Below, one piece after another: positions 10,929-20,692 of a stretch of DNA of 64,000 bases. The translations under genes were made by a program, and so were the position numbers. The stretch's first letter is position 1. The number at the start of each line of letters is the position of its first letter. The notes beneath the pieces were generated by a model. That model searched no databases, had not been told where the DNA came from, and saw only the letters and a program-made list of their open reading frames with translations. Source of the DNA: an uncultured Gammaproteobacteria bacterium (lineage in GTDB: Bacteria; Patescibacteriota; Patescibacteriia; SG8-24; DYFX01); the NCBI GenBank assembly GCA_964404275.1, contig CAYOJH010000006.1, positions 1,525 through 65,524 of the forward strand, in the 5' to 3' direction.

Positions 10929-11468
10929 ATGTCCACCACGTCAAAAATGCGCGGGCGCGTAAAAAAGACGGGGAAAGCCCTCACCTTTGCCCTCCTGCAA
11001 GCCGCCATCGATTATTTTGAATTTTTTGAAGCGGCTAAAAATCACCGCCGCCTTTTGACGAGCCAGGGTTTGGAAGGCGTACGGAGAGTGAAGTTGCTGA
11101 TGCGTCGGCGCCAGTTCACGGAAAAACTGTATGCCCTTCGACGGCGCGGGTTGTTGAAGCAGCGAAAGATCGGCGATCGTCTCAGGTATTCGTTAACAGA
11201 AAAAGGCAGGATCTCATATTTGAAAATGCTGATTGCTCAAGCACCGCTTAGAAAAGACAGAAAGATGACGCTCGTTATTTTTGATGTTCCCGAGCGTGAG
11301 AAATCCGCACGAGGGTCGTTGAGGCATTTCTTGAAAACCTCGGGTTTCATCCGACTTCAATGGAGCGTATGGGAAACGCGCAAGGATGTCGTTGAGGCTT
11401 TACATCAGTGGGTGCGTCTCAAGAACCTTCAAAATTGGATCACGGTTCTCTTGGCAGAAAAAGCTTGA
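10929..11468 (+). CDS. PaaX-like wHTH protein with C-terminal Cas2/PaaX-type ferredoxin-fold domain
   Basis: LRRRGLL...YSLTEKG wHTH; LVIFDVPE...R..LRHFLK..GF..LQWSVW. Confidence 0.8.
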   Translation: MSTTSKMRGRVKKTGKALTFALLQAAIDYFEFFEAAKNHRRLLTSQGLEGVRRVKLLMRRRQFTEKLYALRRRGLLKQRKIGDRLRYSLTEKGRISYLKMLIAQAPLRKDRKMTLVIFDVPEREKSARGSLRHFLKTSGFIRLQWSVWETRKDVVEALHQWVRLKNLQNWITVLLAEKA

Positions 11469-11560
11469 AATCGTCGTCCGTTAAAATTCTGCGGGCGCAG
11501 AATTTTGTCGGCGGCGGAGCGCGGCTTTCGTTGGGAGACGAAGTCGAGTAGGCTGATCGC

Positions 11561-12271
11561 ATGCACGTCGCCGTCATTATTCCCGCGCACGACGAAGCCG
11601 CGATCCTCGAAGCGAACGCGAAGCGGGTTTGGGAATGGGGGAGAGCGGCCTTCGGCGAAAGCTTCATGCTCGTCTTGTCCGAAAACGGTTCGCATGACAG
11701 CACGGCGTGGGTCGCCAAGCTTTTGGAAAAATTGCTGCCCGGCACGCTCGCGCTTTCTTCGAAGGCGCCGGGCAAGGGCGGGGCGATCATGCGCGCGGCC
11801 GCGGCGGTCGAAGCCGAGATCTATCTTTTCATGGATGCGGATCTTTCCGCCGATCTCGCTTCGGCCGAGACGCTCGTGCGCGCGGTCGAAGCCGGCGCGG
11901 ACATGGCGATCGGCTCGCGGCGCGCGGCCGGCGCCGAAGTTTCGCGGCCGCCGTTTCGCAAGCTTTGCACGGCCACGTATGCGCTGGTGGCGCAGCGGAC
12001 GCTGCGGCTGGACGTGCGGGATCCGCAGTGCGGCTGCAAGGCTTTTTCGCGCCGCGTGCGCGACACGATCTTGCCATCCGTGCGCGATGACGGATTTTTC
12101 TTCGACACCGAATTTTTGGCGCGGACGCGACGGCGCGGAATGCGCATCGAGGAACGGGGCATCCGCTGGACGGAGCGGTCCAAGGCATCCGGCGCGAGCA
12201 AAGTCCGCCTGTTCGCGACCGGTTTCGATTTCCTCAAAAAAACGACGGCGTTGCGCAAAGACCTGGGGTAA
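11561..12271 (+). CDS. GT2 glycosyltransferase (dolichyl-phosphate glucosyltransferase-like)
   Basis: IIPAHDEA, ENGSHDST, GKGGA, FMDADLS, DPQCGCKAF, FFDTE. Confidence 0.9.
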   Translation: MHVAVIIPAHDEAAILEANAKRVWEWGRAAFGESFMLVLSENGSHDSTAWVAKLLEKLLPGTLALSSKAPGKGGAIMRAAAAVEAEIYLFMDADLSADLASAETLVRAVEAGADMAIGSRRAAGAEVSRPPFRKLCTATYALVAQRTLRLDVRDPQCGCKAFSRRVRDTILPSVRDDGFFFDTEFLARTRRRGMRIEERGIRWTERSKASGASKVRLFATGFDFLKKTTALRKDLG

Positions 12272-12311
12272 GTTACGGTGGATTTAAGGTCTTTTTACCA
12301 AGGAGGCGCCG

Positions 12312-13601
12312 ATGCGCGCATGGCTGATTTCGGCTGTTGTTTTGGCCGGCTGCCTGCACGGCCCGGCGTTTCCCGCACCGAGTCCGCATGTGGACGCGAT
12401 GAAGGCGTGGCACGCGGCCATGCAAGCCAAGGAGTATCTGAACGCCGCGGAAGCGGCCGCCAAAGGCGGGCTTCATCCGCGACTGATCGGTCTTCCGCTC
12501 GAGCTTGCTCGCCAAGAGGCGCAAGCGAGCGCGCAGGCCTATCTCGACGCCAGGTGGAAGAACGAAGGCAACGCGCTTCGCGAACGGATGGTCGAGGCCT
12601 TCCGCCAGGAAGTCGCGATCGCCTGCACGTACGGACCGGTCAAGGAGTCCGCCGAGTTGGCGGTGAACGACGTCCGCTCGACCAGTCAGAACGTGTTCGA
12701 CGACGGGCTCCTCAACCTGCTGCTCGAGAACAGCTGCCCGCTCGATCACGATCTGCGCTACGAGATCATCATGACGGCCGCCGCATCGGGACTGGACGAC
12801 CTTGCTCTCAAGGAAGCGCTGCACGCGCCCGATTGGACGGACATCAATGCGCTCACGTTCGCCATCTGGTATCCGATGCACGGCAACTGTGGCCGCGGGT
12901 TCCGGATCGCCACGCTCTTCGCGCTGAAGCCGGATGCCATCGAGAAGCTGATCGCGGCCAGCGATTGCGAGCCGGGCGGATACGCCACGGCCGGATGGGC
13001 GTTCCCGCGACAGGACGCCCGCGGCTATTTTTTCGCCGCGGTTCGGCAGCGCAAATACCGCCTGGCGCTGGCCTTCAATCGCTTGGCCGGCGGCGGAGAC
13101 GAGGAGATCGCCTATCTGGTTCAGGAGCTGTTCGCGCACAAGGACGAATACGCGGCCGCGGAACGGCTCGTCAAAGCCAACCCCGAACTGCGCGATCCGA
13201 TCTACGCCTTCGCGCTGGCGCACGGCCGGGCGCGCTACGTCGGCCAGCGGGCGAAAGAAATCTCGTGGGAGGAACGCGCCTTCGAGCAGCTGCTGCGCGA
13301 CGGCAAGTATGAGGACGCGGCCGAAGTGGCCGAGTACGGCGTCTCGTTGACGCTGAGAACGGAAGGCGTCTTGCGGGCGTTTCGCGCGGCCGCGCAGGCG
13401 GGAAACTTTCCCAGCGCCGGCTACCTCGGGAAGCGCTACTCGGCGATCGTGCCCAAGGACGAAGTTGAAGCCGCGCGCGATGCTTGGAACGCGGCGCATC
13501 CGGACCAATGGTATGGACCGCGCAAGCTGCCGCGGAATCTCCCGAAGCTTCCGCCCTGCTCGAAAGACTGGGACGCGGAACAGAAACCTTGTCAGAAATA
13601 A
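12312..13601 (+). CDS. Hypothetical lipoprotein
   Basis: AGGAGG RBS; lipobox VLAGC; followed by terminator. Confidence 0.7.
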   Translation: MRAWLISAVVLAGCLHGPAFPAPSPHVDAMKAWHAAMQAKEYLNAAEAAAKGGLHPRLIGLPLELARQEAQASAQAYLDARWKNEGNALRERMVEAFRQEVAIACTYGPVKESAELAVNDVRSTSQNVFDDGLLNLLLENSCPLDHDLRYEIIMTAAASGLDDLALKEALHAPDWTDINALTFAIWYPMHGNCGRGFRIATLFALKPDAIEKLIAASDCEPGGYATAGWAFPRQDARGYFFAAVRQRKYRLALAFNRLAGGGDEEIAYLVQELFAHKDEYAAAERLVKANPELRDPIYAFALAHGRARYVGQRAKEISWEERAFEQLLRDGKYEDAAEVAEYGVSLTLRTEGVLRAFRAAAQAGNFPSAGYLGKRYSAIVPKDEVEAARDAWNAAHPDQWYGPRKLPRNLPKLPPCSKDWDAEQKPCQK

Positions 13602-13632
13602 AACGCCCTGTACCGTACGGTGCAGGGTTTTT
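13602..13632. terminator. Bidirectional terminator
   Basis: ccctgtaccg-ta-cggtgcaggg followed by T-run between convergent genes. Confidence 0.65.
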
Positions 13633-14463
13633 CTATTCTCCGATCGCCAGCCTGCGGACCGGATCCCAGCGCCCGCGGCAGGCCGGACCGTCCTTCGGAC
13701 GCTCGCGGTGCCAATAGCGCCATTCGGCCGGGTAGGTCGCATGCGGCGCGAGGCCGGAGGCGGCGTTCAGCGTGATGAAAGAGGAGGAGCGCGTGCCGTA
13801 GTTGTCTTCCGGCGGACGATGGATGCAGGTCGAGGCCATGCGCTTCATCCACTCGGAACCGGGTTTGGGATACGGATCGTGGATCTCGAGCAGGCGCTGC
13901 CAGGTGCCGCGATGCGGCGTCATGTGCGCGAGACGATCCGAGGCCCAGCGGCGTTCGATCGCTTCGGCGCGCGGACTATGGCCGGAGCCGACGCCGAGGT
14001 TGCTGACGATCACGAGGCCGCTGCCGGCGCGGGGAATGACGTCGGTGACGTACGGATGTTCCGGTCCGTTCGCGCCGTCGCCGCGGATCACGCGCACGCC
14101 CGTCGCTTCGTCGCCGACGATCAGGTTGAAGCCGTTGTAGCGGCGCGCGTCGAGCGCGGTCAGGCAGAGCATCGCGTCATGCGCGCAGGACTCCTGGGTC
14201 GCGAGGATGACGAGTTCGCCGCGCGATTCCTGGCCGCCGATCGAGCGGACGTCGGCGCGATTCGTCAGCGCGGCGAAGAGGCCGCGCGCGTTCACGCCGA
14301 TCCAGGTGCCGCCGCGCAAAAGGTCTTTCGGAGCGAGCCGTTTCGGCTCGCCATCCCACGCGTTCGGCGGTTCGGCGGTCCGATCGAGCAGTTCGTCGCG
14401 GTTGGCGGCGATCACGATCGGATGGTGCGGAAAGAGCTTGTACCCGACGATGACGGTGCACAT
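13633..14463 (-). CDS. NRDE/TANGO2 family protein
   Basis: MCTV..., IAANRDE, GGTWIG, ALTN, SRGELV, YNGFNL, YGTRSSS. Confidence 0.92.
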   Translation of the reverse strand: MCTVIVGYKLFPHHPIVIAANRDELLDRTAEPPNAWDGEPKRLAPKDLLRGGTWIGVNARGLFAALTNRADVRSIGGQESRGELVILATQESCAHDAMLCLTALDARRYNGFNLIVGDEATGVRVIRGDGANGPEHPYVTDVIPRAGSGLVIVSNLGVGSGHSPRAEAIERRWASDRLAHMTPHRGTWQRLLEIHDPYPKPGSEWMKRMASTCIHRPPEDNYGTRSSSFITLNAASGLAPHATYPAEWRYWHRERPKDGPACRGRWDPVRRLAIGE

Positions 14464-14483
14464 CGAGTCCTCCTGACCCGACT

Positions 14484-16175
14484 CTACGGATGTTCGATGA
14501 TGATGGCAAGGTCCTGTTCGCGGAGCTTGGAGAGCGTGCGGAGCGTCTTGTCTTCTTCGAGCAGGCGTCCGAGCTGCCGTCCGCCGACGAAGTGGGGGAG
14601 GATGACGTAATCGGCGCCGCGTTCGTAGAGCGTGACCGCGTCGAATTCCGATTCGGCGGTCAAAATGACCTTGGCTTTCGGGTTGGCGGCTTTGACGCGG
14701 GCCAGGAGCCCGGAAGATTCGTGGAACGACGGCACGGTCGAGATGACGGCGCGGGCCTCGTCGAGCGCGGCGAGATCCTGGATGCTCGGATCGGCGATGT
14801 CGCCATAGATCGCGCGGATGCCTCGGCGTCCCAGCTGCGTGACGACGTCGGGATTGAAATCGACGACCAGGAACTTTTTGTGCATGTCTTCGAGGGAGCG
14901 CAGGACGTTGTGGCCGACGCGGTGGCAGCCGACCAGCACGATGTGGCCCTTGAGCGCTTCGCTCGCGACGCGCTGTTCCTTCTTCGCGCGGAATTCGAAG
15001 AGTTTCAGGAACGGCGACAAGCGCTCATAGAGCGCCTCGCTGTGCAGGATCATGTACGAGGAAATCAGGATCGTGATCAGCGCGACGGCGGTCACGATCG
15101 AGACGACGTCCTGTCCGACGTGGCCGAGCCGGTGCCCGAGCGTCACGACGATCAGGCTGAATTCCGAGACTTGCGCGACGGTCACGCCGGCCATGAAGGA
15201 GGTCCGCGCGCGGAAGCCGAGCGCGCCCATCAAGACCATCACGATCAGCGGATTGCCGATCAGCACGAACAGCGAAAGCACGACGATCGGCAGCCAATGC
15301 GCCGCGGCTCCGGAGAGCACGAGCTTCGAGCCGAGCACGATGAAGAACATGACGGCGAAGACGTCGCGCAGCGATTTGACGCGGCTCATGATCTGGAAAT
15401 GCTCGACGCTTTCGGACAGCGCCACGCCGGCCATGAAGCTGCCGATCTCGATCGTCAGTCCGACGGACGGCAGGCTGGCCAGCGCCGCCATGCCCAGGCC
15501 CCAGGTCAGGCTGGCCAGGAACAAAATTTCCTGCGAGCCGGCCAGGCGATGCAGGATTTTCGGCATCAGGTATTTGCCGATCAAAAGCGAGAGACCGAGC
15601 AGGGCCGTGCCTTTGGCGAACGTCATGGCGAGCGCGAGCGGGATGCGCGAAGGTTCGAGCGACGCGCCGGACAGGCCGGAGAGCAGGATCAAGACGCCGA
15701 GGGCGATGAAGTCCTGGAGCAGCAGCACGCCGACCACGAGCTTGCCGTAGAGACTGGCCAGCGCTTTCTTTTCTGAGAGCAGCTTGATGACGATGATCGT
15801 GCTCGAGAAGGTCAGCGTGACCGCGATGTAGGCGGCCGGAAGCCCGCGAAGCCCGAGCGCCAGCGTGATCAGGTAGCCGACGCCGGACGTGAAGAGCACC
15901 TGGCCGACGCCGATCAGCGCGGCGGCGCGTCCGACGTGCCGCAGTTCGGAGAAATTCATCTCCATGCCGGCCAGGAACAGCAGGAAGGCGATGCCGAATT
16001 GCGCCAAGACATCAAGCACTTGGCCGTTGTTCAGCTGCAGCAAACCGAGCGGCCCGACGATCAGTCCGGTCGCGATATAGCCGAGGAGCGTCGGCTGCTT
16101 GCAGAGGCGCGCGATCGCGCCAAGCCCCGTCGCCAGCCCAAGCACCAGCGCGAGTTCGAGAAACAAGTGGTCCAT
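14484..16175 (-). CDS. CPA2 cation:proton antiporter (KefB/KefC-like) with TrkA_N domain
   Basis: Multi-TM, FSSTIIVIKLL, LLLQD, QVSEFS; C-terminal HIVLVGCHRVG...IYGD. Confidence 0.92.
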   Translation of the reverse strand: MDHLFLELALVLGLATGLGAIARLCKQPTLLGYIATGLIVGPLGLLQLNNGQVLDVLAQFGIAFLLFLAGMEMNFSELRHVGRAAALIGVGQVLFTSGVGYLITLALGLRGLPAAYIAVTLTFSSTIIVIKLLSEKKALASLYGKLVVGVLLLQDFIALGVLILLSGLSGASLEPSRIPLALAMTFAKGTALLGLSLLIGKYLMPKILHRLAGSQEILFLASLTWGLGMAALASLPSVGLTIEIGSFMAGVALSESVEHFQIMSRVKSLRDVFAVMFFIVLGSKLVLSGAAAHWLPIVVLSLFVLIGNPLIVMVLMGALGFRARTSFMAGVTVAQVSEFSLIVVTLGHRLGHVGQDVVSIVTAVALITILISSYMILHSEALYERLSPFLKLFEFRAKKEQRVASEALKGHIVLVGCHRVGHNVLRSLEDMHKKFLVVDFNPDVVTQLGRRGIRAIYGDIADPSIQDLAALDEARAVISTVPSFHESSGLLARVKAANPKAKVILTAESEFDAVTLYERGADYVILPHFVGGRQLGRLLEEDKTLRTLSKLREQDLAIIIEHP

Positions 16176-16273
16176 GGCTTCCAGTATAACAAATGTGAAC
16201 GAAAACGGCGTTGACGCGCGCGCCGCGCGGCGGTACAACTGACGCACCACCCGTTCTTTGAGAGGAGAACCCG

Positions 16274-17071
16274 ATGACTGACGCTTGCGCATCCATACAT
16301 GCGACCTTGTCCGCGCAGCTGGATTCCGGCTTGCCGTTCGATCTCACGCTGGAAGAGGTCCGGCACTTGAACGCCTGTGCCGATTGCGAAGAGTGGTTCG
16401 AGACGCACATCGATAACGCGGATCTCGGCGAGGACGAGGATGCCGCGATCGCACGCGTGCAGCCGCTGCTTGAGCGATTCGCCGAGCTTGAAGCGGAAGC
16501 GCCACCGGACGCGGCAGCCGAAGCGCTCGCTTCCGCGCGCGACGCGGAAAACGCCTCGTTCGAGACCGTCGTACGCGCCTTCATCGCCAAACACCCTTTG
16601 CTCGATCCGGCCGCGCACGACATCCCGATGGACCGCTATCGGTACCCCGTGTTCTTCATGGTCGTGCATACCGTCAACATGCTGATGCGCAGGATCCTCC
16701 GCAGCGACGAAGCCATGGCAAAGGTCTACGGTCTGCGCGACGACGGAGAAGTGTTCCTGGACGGCATTTCGAAAGTGCCGGCCGCCAGCGTGCAAAGAGA
16801 AATCGCGCAGTGGCTTGGTATCGAACGCATCGTGCCGGAGGCGGAAAAAACGCCGGACCTGCAAGAAGCGTTCCGGCGCGAGAAGGCCTGGCGCGACGAC
16901 GAGACGTGCGTCAAGCTCGCGCGCTGGATCGTCGCGGCGATCCGCTGCAAGCCGGACCTGATGCGGAACTTCCGTATGGTCGGCGTTTCGCCGAAGGATC
17001 CGCGCATGATTCTGCTCGAGCCGATCCGTACCAAGAGCGGCGAACGCGATCCTCTCGAGTTGTGGAAATGA
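16274..17071 (+). CDS. Hypothetical protein with N-terminal zf-HC2-like motif
   Basis: GAGGAG RBS; C...HLNACADC. Confidence 0.65.
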   Translation: MTDACASIHATLSAQLDSGLPFDLTLEEVRHLNACADCEEWFETHIDNADLGEDEDAAIARVQPLLERFAELEAEAPPDAAAEALASARDAENASFETVVRAFIAKHPLLDPAAHDIPMDRYRYPVFFMVVHTVNMLMRRILRSDEAMAKVYGLRDDGEVFLDGISKVPAASVQREIAQWLGIERIVPEAEKTPDLQEAFRREKAWRDDETCVKLARWIVAAIRCKPDLMRNFRMVGVSPKDPRMILLEPIRTKSGERDPLELWK

Positions 17072-17098
17072 AAAGCGCGCCCCGTACGGCGCGCCTTT

Positions 17099-18433
17099 TT
17101 ATTTGTTGAGCTGATCGATGTCGCTCTGGTATTGCGTCGCGAGCTTGACGACGTTGTCGCCGTAGAAGCGGTAGGCGAGGTTGGTGGAGCCCGAGAAATA
17201 TTTCATGGCCGCCGCCCATTCGCCACTTTGCGTTCCGCCGCCGTCCGCTTTCAATTTGAGCGAAGCGGCCAGGAAAGCGTCGCGGATGTCCCAGGGGTTG
17301 GCGGTCTTGCCGGTGATCGCTGAAATCTTGCCGGCATAGCCGAGCCAGGTCGAGGGGATGAATTGCGCCGGACCCATCGCGCCGCCCCAGCCGATCTGGT
17401 TGCCGTTCGCATCATGCATCGGGCAGGAGATCGGCGTCGTGTCGATCGGCAAGTTGAGAGCGGAGGTGATCTGCTGGAACGGCGCTTGGTCGCGATCCGG
17501 CTTCATCACGACTCTCCAGCTTTTGGAAGGAGGATCGTTCAGGCGGTTGCAGGTGCCGACGTTGGAGCCGAGATTCGATTCCTGCGTCAGAATCCCCAGA
17601 AGGAAGGCGGCCCGCACGCCCGTCTGAGCCGAAGCCCATTGCGCCACGGCGACCGCCTGGCCGAAGGTGATCTGCTTGCCGAGTTCGAGCAGCGTGTACA
17701 TGCGATTGCGGATCGCCGCGGCCTGCTGCTTCTGATCCGCCAGCTGGTTCTGGTACGCCGCCTCCTTGCCTTTGGTTTCCTGAAGCAGCGTGTCCTGGTC
17801 CTTGATCGTGCCGGTCAGTTCCTGGTTCTGCAGCTGGATGATCGAAAAAAAGTTTTGCTGTTGCTGCTTCTGATCGGCCAGGTGCGCCTTCTGCGCTTCC
17901 AGGCTATCGGTTTCAACTTTCACTTGTGCCGCGATCGCGGAGAGCCCGTCGTTGATCCGCTCGTAGCCGTTCAGCTCGCCGAAGAAATCGGACAGGTTGT
18001 CGCCCGAAAGCAGGATGTCGATCAGCGTGCGGCGATCCTGCTTGTAGAGTTCCTGCACGACTTCGCCCATCTGCTCTTGCAGCCGCGCAAGCTTGTCCTG
18101 CTGGACGGCGATCTGGCCTTGCGTCTGATCGAGCTTCCTGGTCGTGTCCTTGATCAGGGCTTGCGATTCCTGGATCTGCAGCTGGATTTTCGCGCGCTGG
18201 GCGTTCAGCTGCTTGAGCTTGTTGGCCAGCGTGTTCTTTTGCGACTGAACCGTCTTGATCTGCTGTTCGTAGCTGGCGATCTGCTTCTCGATGTCCTTGA
18301 GCTGCTGCTGGAGCTGCGTCTGCTGCTGTTGGATCTCCTCCAGCGTCTGCTGCGCTCGGAGCGGAGAGGAGAACGCCAAAACGCACGCGACGAGCGCGAG
18401 AGCGGCGATTCCGATTTTCGCGCTGATCTTCAC
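17099..18433 (-). CDS. Secreted coiled-coil protein with C-terminal lytic transglycosylase (SLT_2-like)
   Basis: Signal peptide, Q-rich coiled coil, ILTQESNLG, GGAMGPAQFIPSTW, NPWDIRDA. Confidence 0.88.
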   Translation of the reverse strand: MKISAKIGIAALALVACVLAFSSPLRAQQTLEEIQQQQTQLQQQLKDIEKQIASYEQQIKTVQSQKNTLANKLKQLNAQRAKIQLQIQESQALIKDTTRKLDQTQGQIAVQQDKLARLQEQMGEVVQELYKQDRRTLIDILLSGDNLSDFFGELNGYERINDGLSAIAAQVKVETDSLEAQKAHLADQKQQQQNFFSIIQLQNQELTGTIKDQDTLLQETKGKEAAYQNQLADQKQQAAAIRNRMYTLLELGKQITFGQAVAVAQWASAQTGVRAAFLLGILTQESNLGSNVGTCNRLNDPPSKSWRVVMKPDRDQAPFQQITSALNLPIDTTPISCPMHDANGNQIGWGGAMGPAQFIPSTWLGYAGKISAITGKTANPWDIRDAFLAASLKLKADGGGTQSGEWAAAMKYFSGSTNLAYRFYGDNVVKLATQYQSDIDQLNK

Positions 18434-18495
18434 GGGCTTCAGTATAGCATTCCCCGCACGCCCTTTTTCGCGAAAACCGCTCTTTCAAGCGGTTT

Positions 18496-19482
18496 TTAGC
18501 GGAGCAGATCCTCGCCGTCGGCCTCGATGCGGTCGAAGTCGACGAAGATGTCGATGTGGAAGTGCGTTTTTTTGGGGACGTAGCCCGGCTTGGCGTAGAC
18601 GCCGTGCTTTTCGCCCAGCGAAAGATGCAGGCCCTTCTGGCGTTCGAAAGCGGTGATGTCGTTCACGACGCGATCCTTGCCCATGGCCGGATTGAGACCG
18701 ACGCCGAATTCGCGCACCAGGATCTCCTCTTCGGCCGAGATCTGATCGAGCACCTTTTGGAAATCCGACGGCCCGTCATGCGAAACGAGGATGCCGTTTT
18801 CGATGCGGATCTTGAACGGCGCGCGGATCTTCACGAGATGGTCGGTGCCGGCGAAGGCGAAGATCATCGCTTCGCCGTTCAGTTTCGAAAAATCTTTCGG
18901 TTCGCTGAAGACCTCGCCGATCGGAAACGTGCCGCCGACGTTCTTCATGCCTTCGTAGTCGCCGACATTGAGCTTGGTGTCCTCCATGCCGCCTTCGTAC
19001 GTCAGCACCGTGCCGCTTCCGAAGACCTTGATCGTTTCCGCGCGATCGATCCGCTCTTTCAAGAGATGGCCGCGCGTCCGATAGTAGGAAGGATCGTAGG
19101 CCAGCGCATCGACGTAGATTTCGATTTGCCGATCATCGGTGGCGCGTTCGAGATGCACGTGCTCGATGACGGACAAGCCGCGCTGGAAGAGCTCGATGCG
19201 GATGCGGAATTCGCTCAGACGAAAATTCGACGATTGAACGAGGACCGTCAGGTCGCCCGGCTCGAGTTTCTTGATTTCTTCCAAAATGCGGGCCGGTTCC
19301 ACGGCGTCGAAATCAAGGCGCGTCGCGTCCGGAATCGCCGTTCGATAGGCCTCGGCCAGGAGGCGCGAAAGCGGCGAGCGCAGATCGAAAACCACCAGCG
19401 CCGCGCGGGCGGGATGGTGCTCGATCGCGAGCGTGACGATGTCCGCGACGTGCGTGGCCGCGGCGGAAGAGACGGATTCCAT
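18496..19482 (-). CDS. Aminopeptidase-like protein (M29-related)
   Basis: FPIGEVF, REFGVGLN, FERQKGLHLSLG, HIDIF. Confidence 0.65.
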   Translation of the reverse strand: MESVSSAAATHVADIVTLAIEHHPARAALVVFDLRSPLSRLLAEAYRTAIPDATRLDFDAVEPARILEEIKKLEPGDLTVLVQSSNFRLSEFRIRIELFQRGLSVIEHVHLERATDDRQIEIYVDALAYDPSYYRTRGHLLKERIDRAETIKVFGSGTVLTYEGGMEDTKLNVGDYEGMKNVGGTFPIGEVFSEPKDFSKLNGEAMIFAFAGTDHLVKIRAPFKIRIENGILVSHDGPSDFQKVLDQISAEEEILVREFGVGLNPAMGKDRVVNDITAFERQKGLHLSLGEKHGVYAKPGYVPKKTHFHIDIFVDFDRIEADGEDLLR

Positions 19483-19564
19483 GCGTCCCAGCCTACGTCG
19501 CCGAACGATCCGTGTCAAAGCTTGACGCCTGCCGAAAAATATGAGGCAATCCCATTCGGAGGAA

Positions 19565-20125
19565 ATGATGAAGCTCCATCAACGCACGACCGACTGGTGG
19601 GTCCGTCTGCTGCGAGAAGGCCGCCTCGACGCCTGGCTGCAGCGGCTGCATCAAGCCGAATCGGGCGGCGCCGCGCGCTTCTCGAAGATCGCCGCGGATT
19701 GGAAGCCGATCGGCCAAGCGCAGGTCACGCTCTCCGACATCATCGACGATGAGATTCGCCACAAGGACCTGGTCGAAGTCGTCCTGATCGGCCGCAGGAT
19801 CGAGGTGCCGGCGCCGGCGCGCGAATCGGAGGAGCGGTACTGGAGCCAGGTTTGGAAAGGCGTCACCAGCTTCGAAACCGCCTGCGCCGCCGGGACCTAC
19901 GGCGAGATGCTCGCGCTCAACCGCTTCCGGGTCATTCATGGCCACGCGGATACCCCGAACGACGTGCATCAGCTGGTCGCCCGGATCGAGCCGGACGAGG
20001 CGCGGCACGCCTTCGAGCTTCGCCGTCTGGCCGGCAAGCCGGCGATGGATGCGATGCGTCCGTTCCACGAAGCCGGCAAGCTCGCGCTCGGGCTCATCGC
20101 CGTCGAAGATGAGGACGAGGATTGA
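19565..20125 (+). CDS. Ferritin-like di-iron domain protein
   Basis: Two E...DExxH helix pairs (DEIRH, DEARH). Confidence 0.75.
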   Translation: MMKLHQRTTDWWVRLLREGRLDAWLQRLHQAESGGAARFSKIAADWKPIGQAQVTLSDIIDDEIRHKDLVEVVLIGRRIEVPAPARESEERYWSQVWKGVTSFETACAAGTYGEMLALNRFRVIHGHADTPNDVHQLVARIEPDEARHAFELRRLAGKPAMDAMRPFHEAGKLALGLIAVEDEDED

Positions 20126-20189
20126 AAGATTCCCTCAGAGGTCGCGTCTACGGAAACGTAGGCGCTTTTTAAAAATGAAGCTGAAATGT

Positions 20190-20675
20190 ATGCGACAAAA
20201 AGAGCATTTCATCGAGGATCCGTTCGATTTCTTGAAGGAAGATCACAAGCGGATCAACACGCTGCTGAACGAGCTGCGCGACGAAGATCGTCTGGCGCAT
20301 GAGCACGGCCTGCTTCTGTCGGAACTGACGGACGCGCTGCTGCTGCATTCCGACCTGGAAAAGGAAGTGCTGTATCCGGTCCTGAAAACCAAGGCGGAAA
20401 CGAGCGAGCTCGCGCTCGAGGCGATCGAGGCGCACGGCATCATCGAAGTCCTGCTCGAGGAACTCAACGACACGCCCGAGGACGTCGGCGAATGGGACGC
20501 CCGGCTGGCCGTGCTGACGGAGAACGTCGAGCGTCACGTCAAGGAGGAAGAACACGAGCTCTTTAAGAAAGCGCACAAGGCCCTTTCGAAAGAAGAGCGC
20601 GACATCCTGGCCAGGGCGATGGAAGATTTCCTGACCGGCGAGGATATCCTGATCGAAGAATACGTCTCCGTCTGA
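20190..20675 (+). CDS. Hemerythrin HHE cation-binding protein
   Basis: LKEDH, LLLHSDLEKEVLYP, EAH, HVKEEEHELF. Confidence 0.85.
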   Translation: MRQKEHFIEDPFDFLKEDHKRINTLLNELRDEDRLAHEHGLLLSELTDALLLHSDLEKEVLYPVLKTKAETSELALEAIEAHGIIEVLLEELNDTPEDVGEWDARLAVLTENVERHVKEEEHELFKKAHKALSKEERDILARAMEDFLTGEDILIEEYVSV

Positions 20676-20692
20676 ACGGAGGCGTCTTCTTT

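Noticed and set aside
10929-11468. Cas2-like domain suggesting CRISPR-Cas
   Set aside because: Fused to a wHTH as in PaaX-like regulators; no cas1 or repeat-spacer array in the window.
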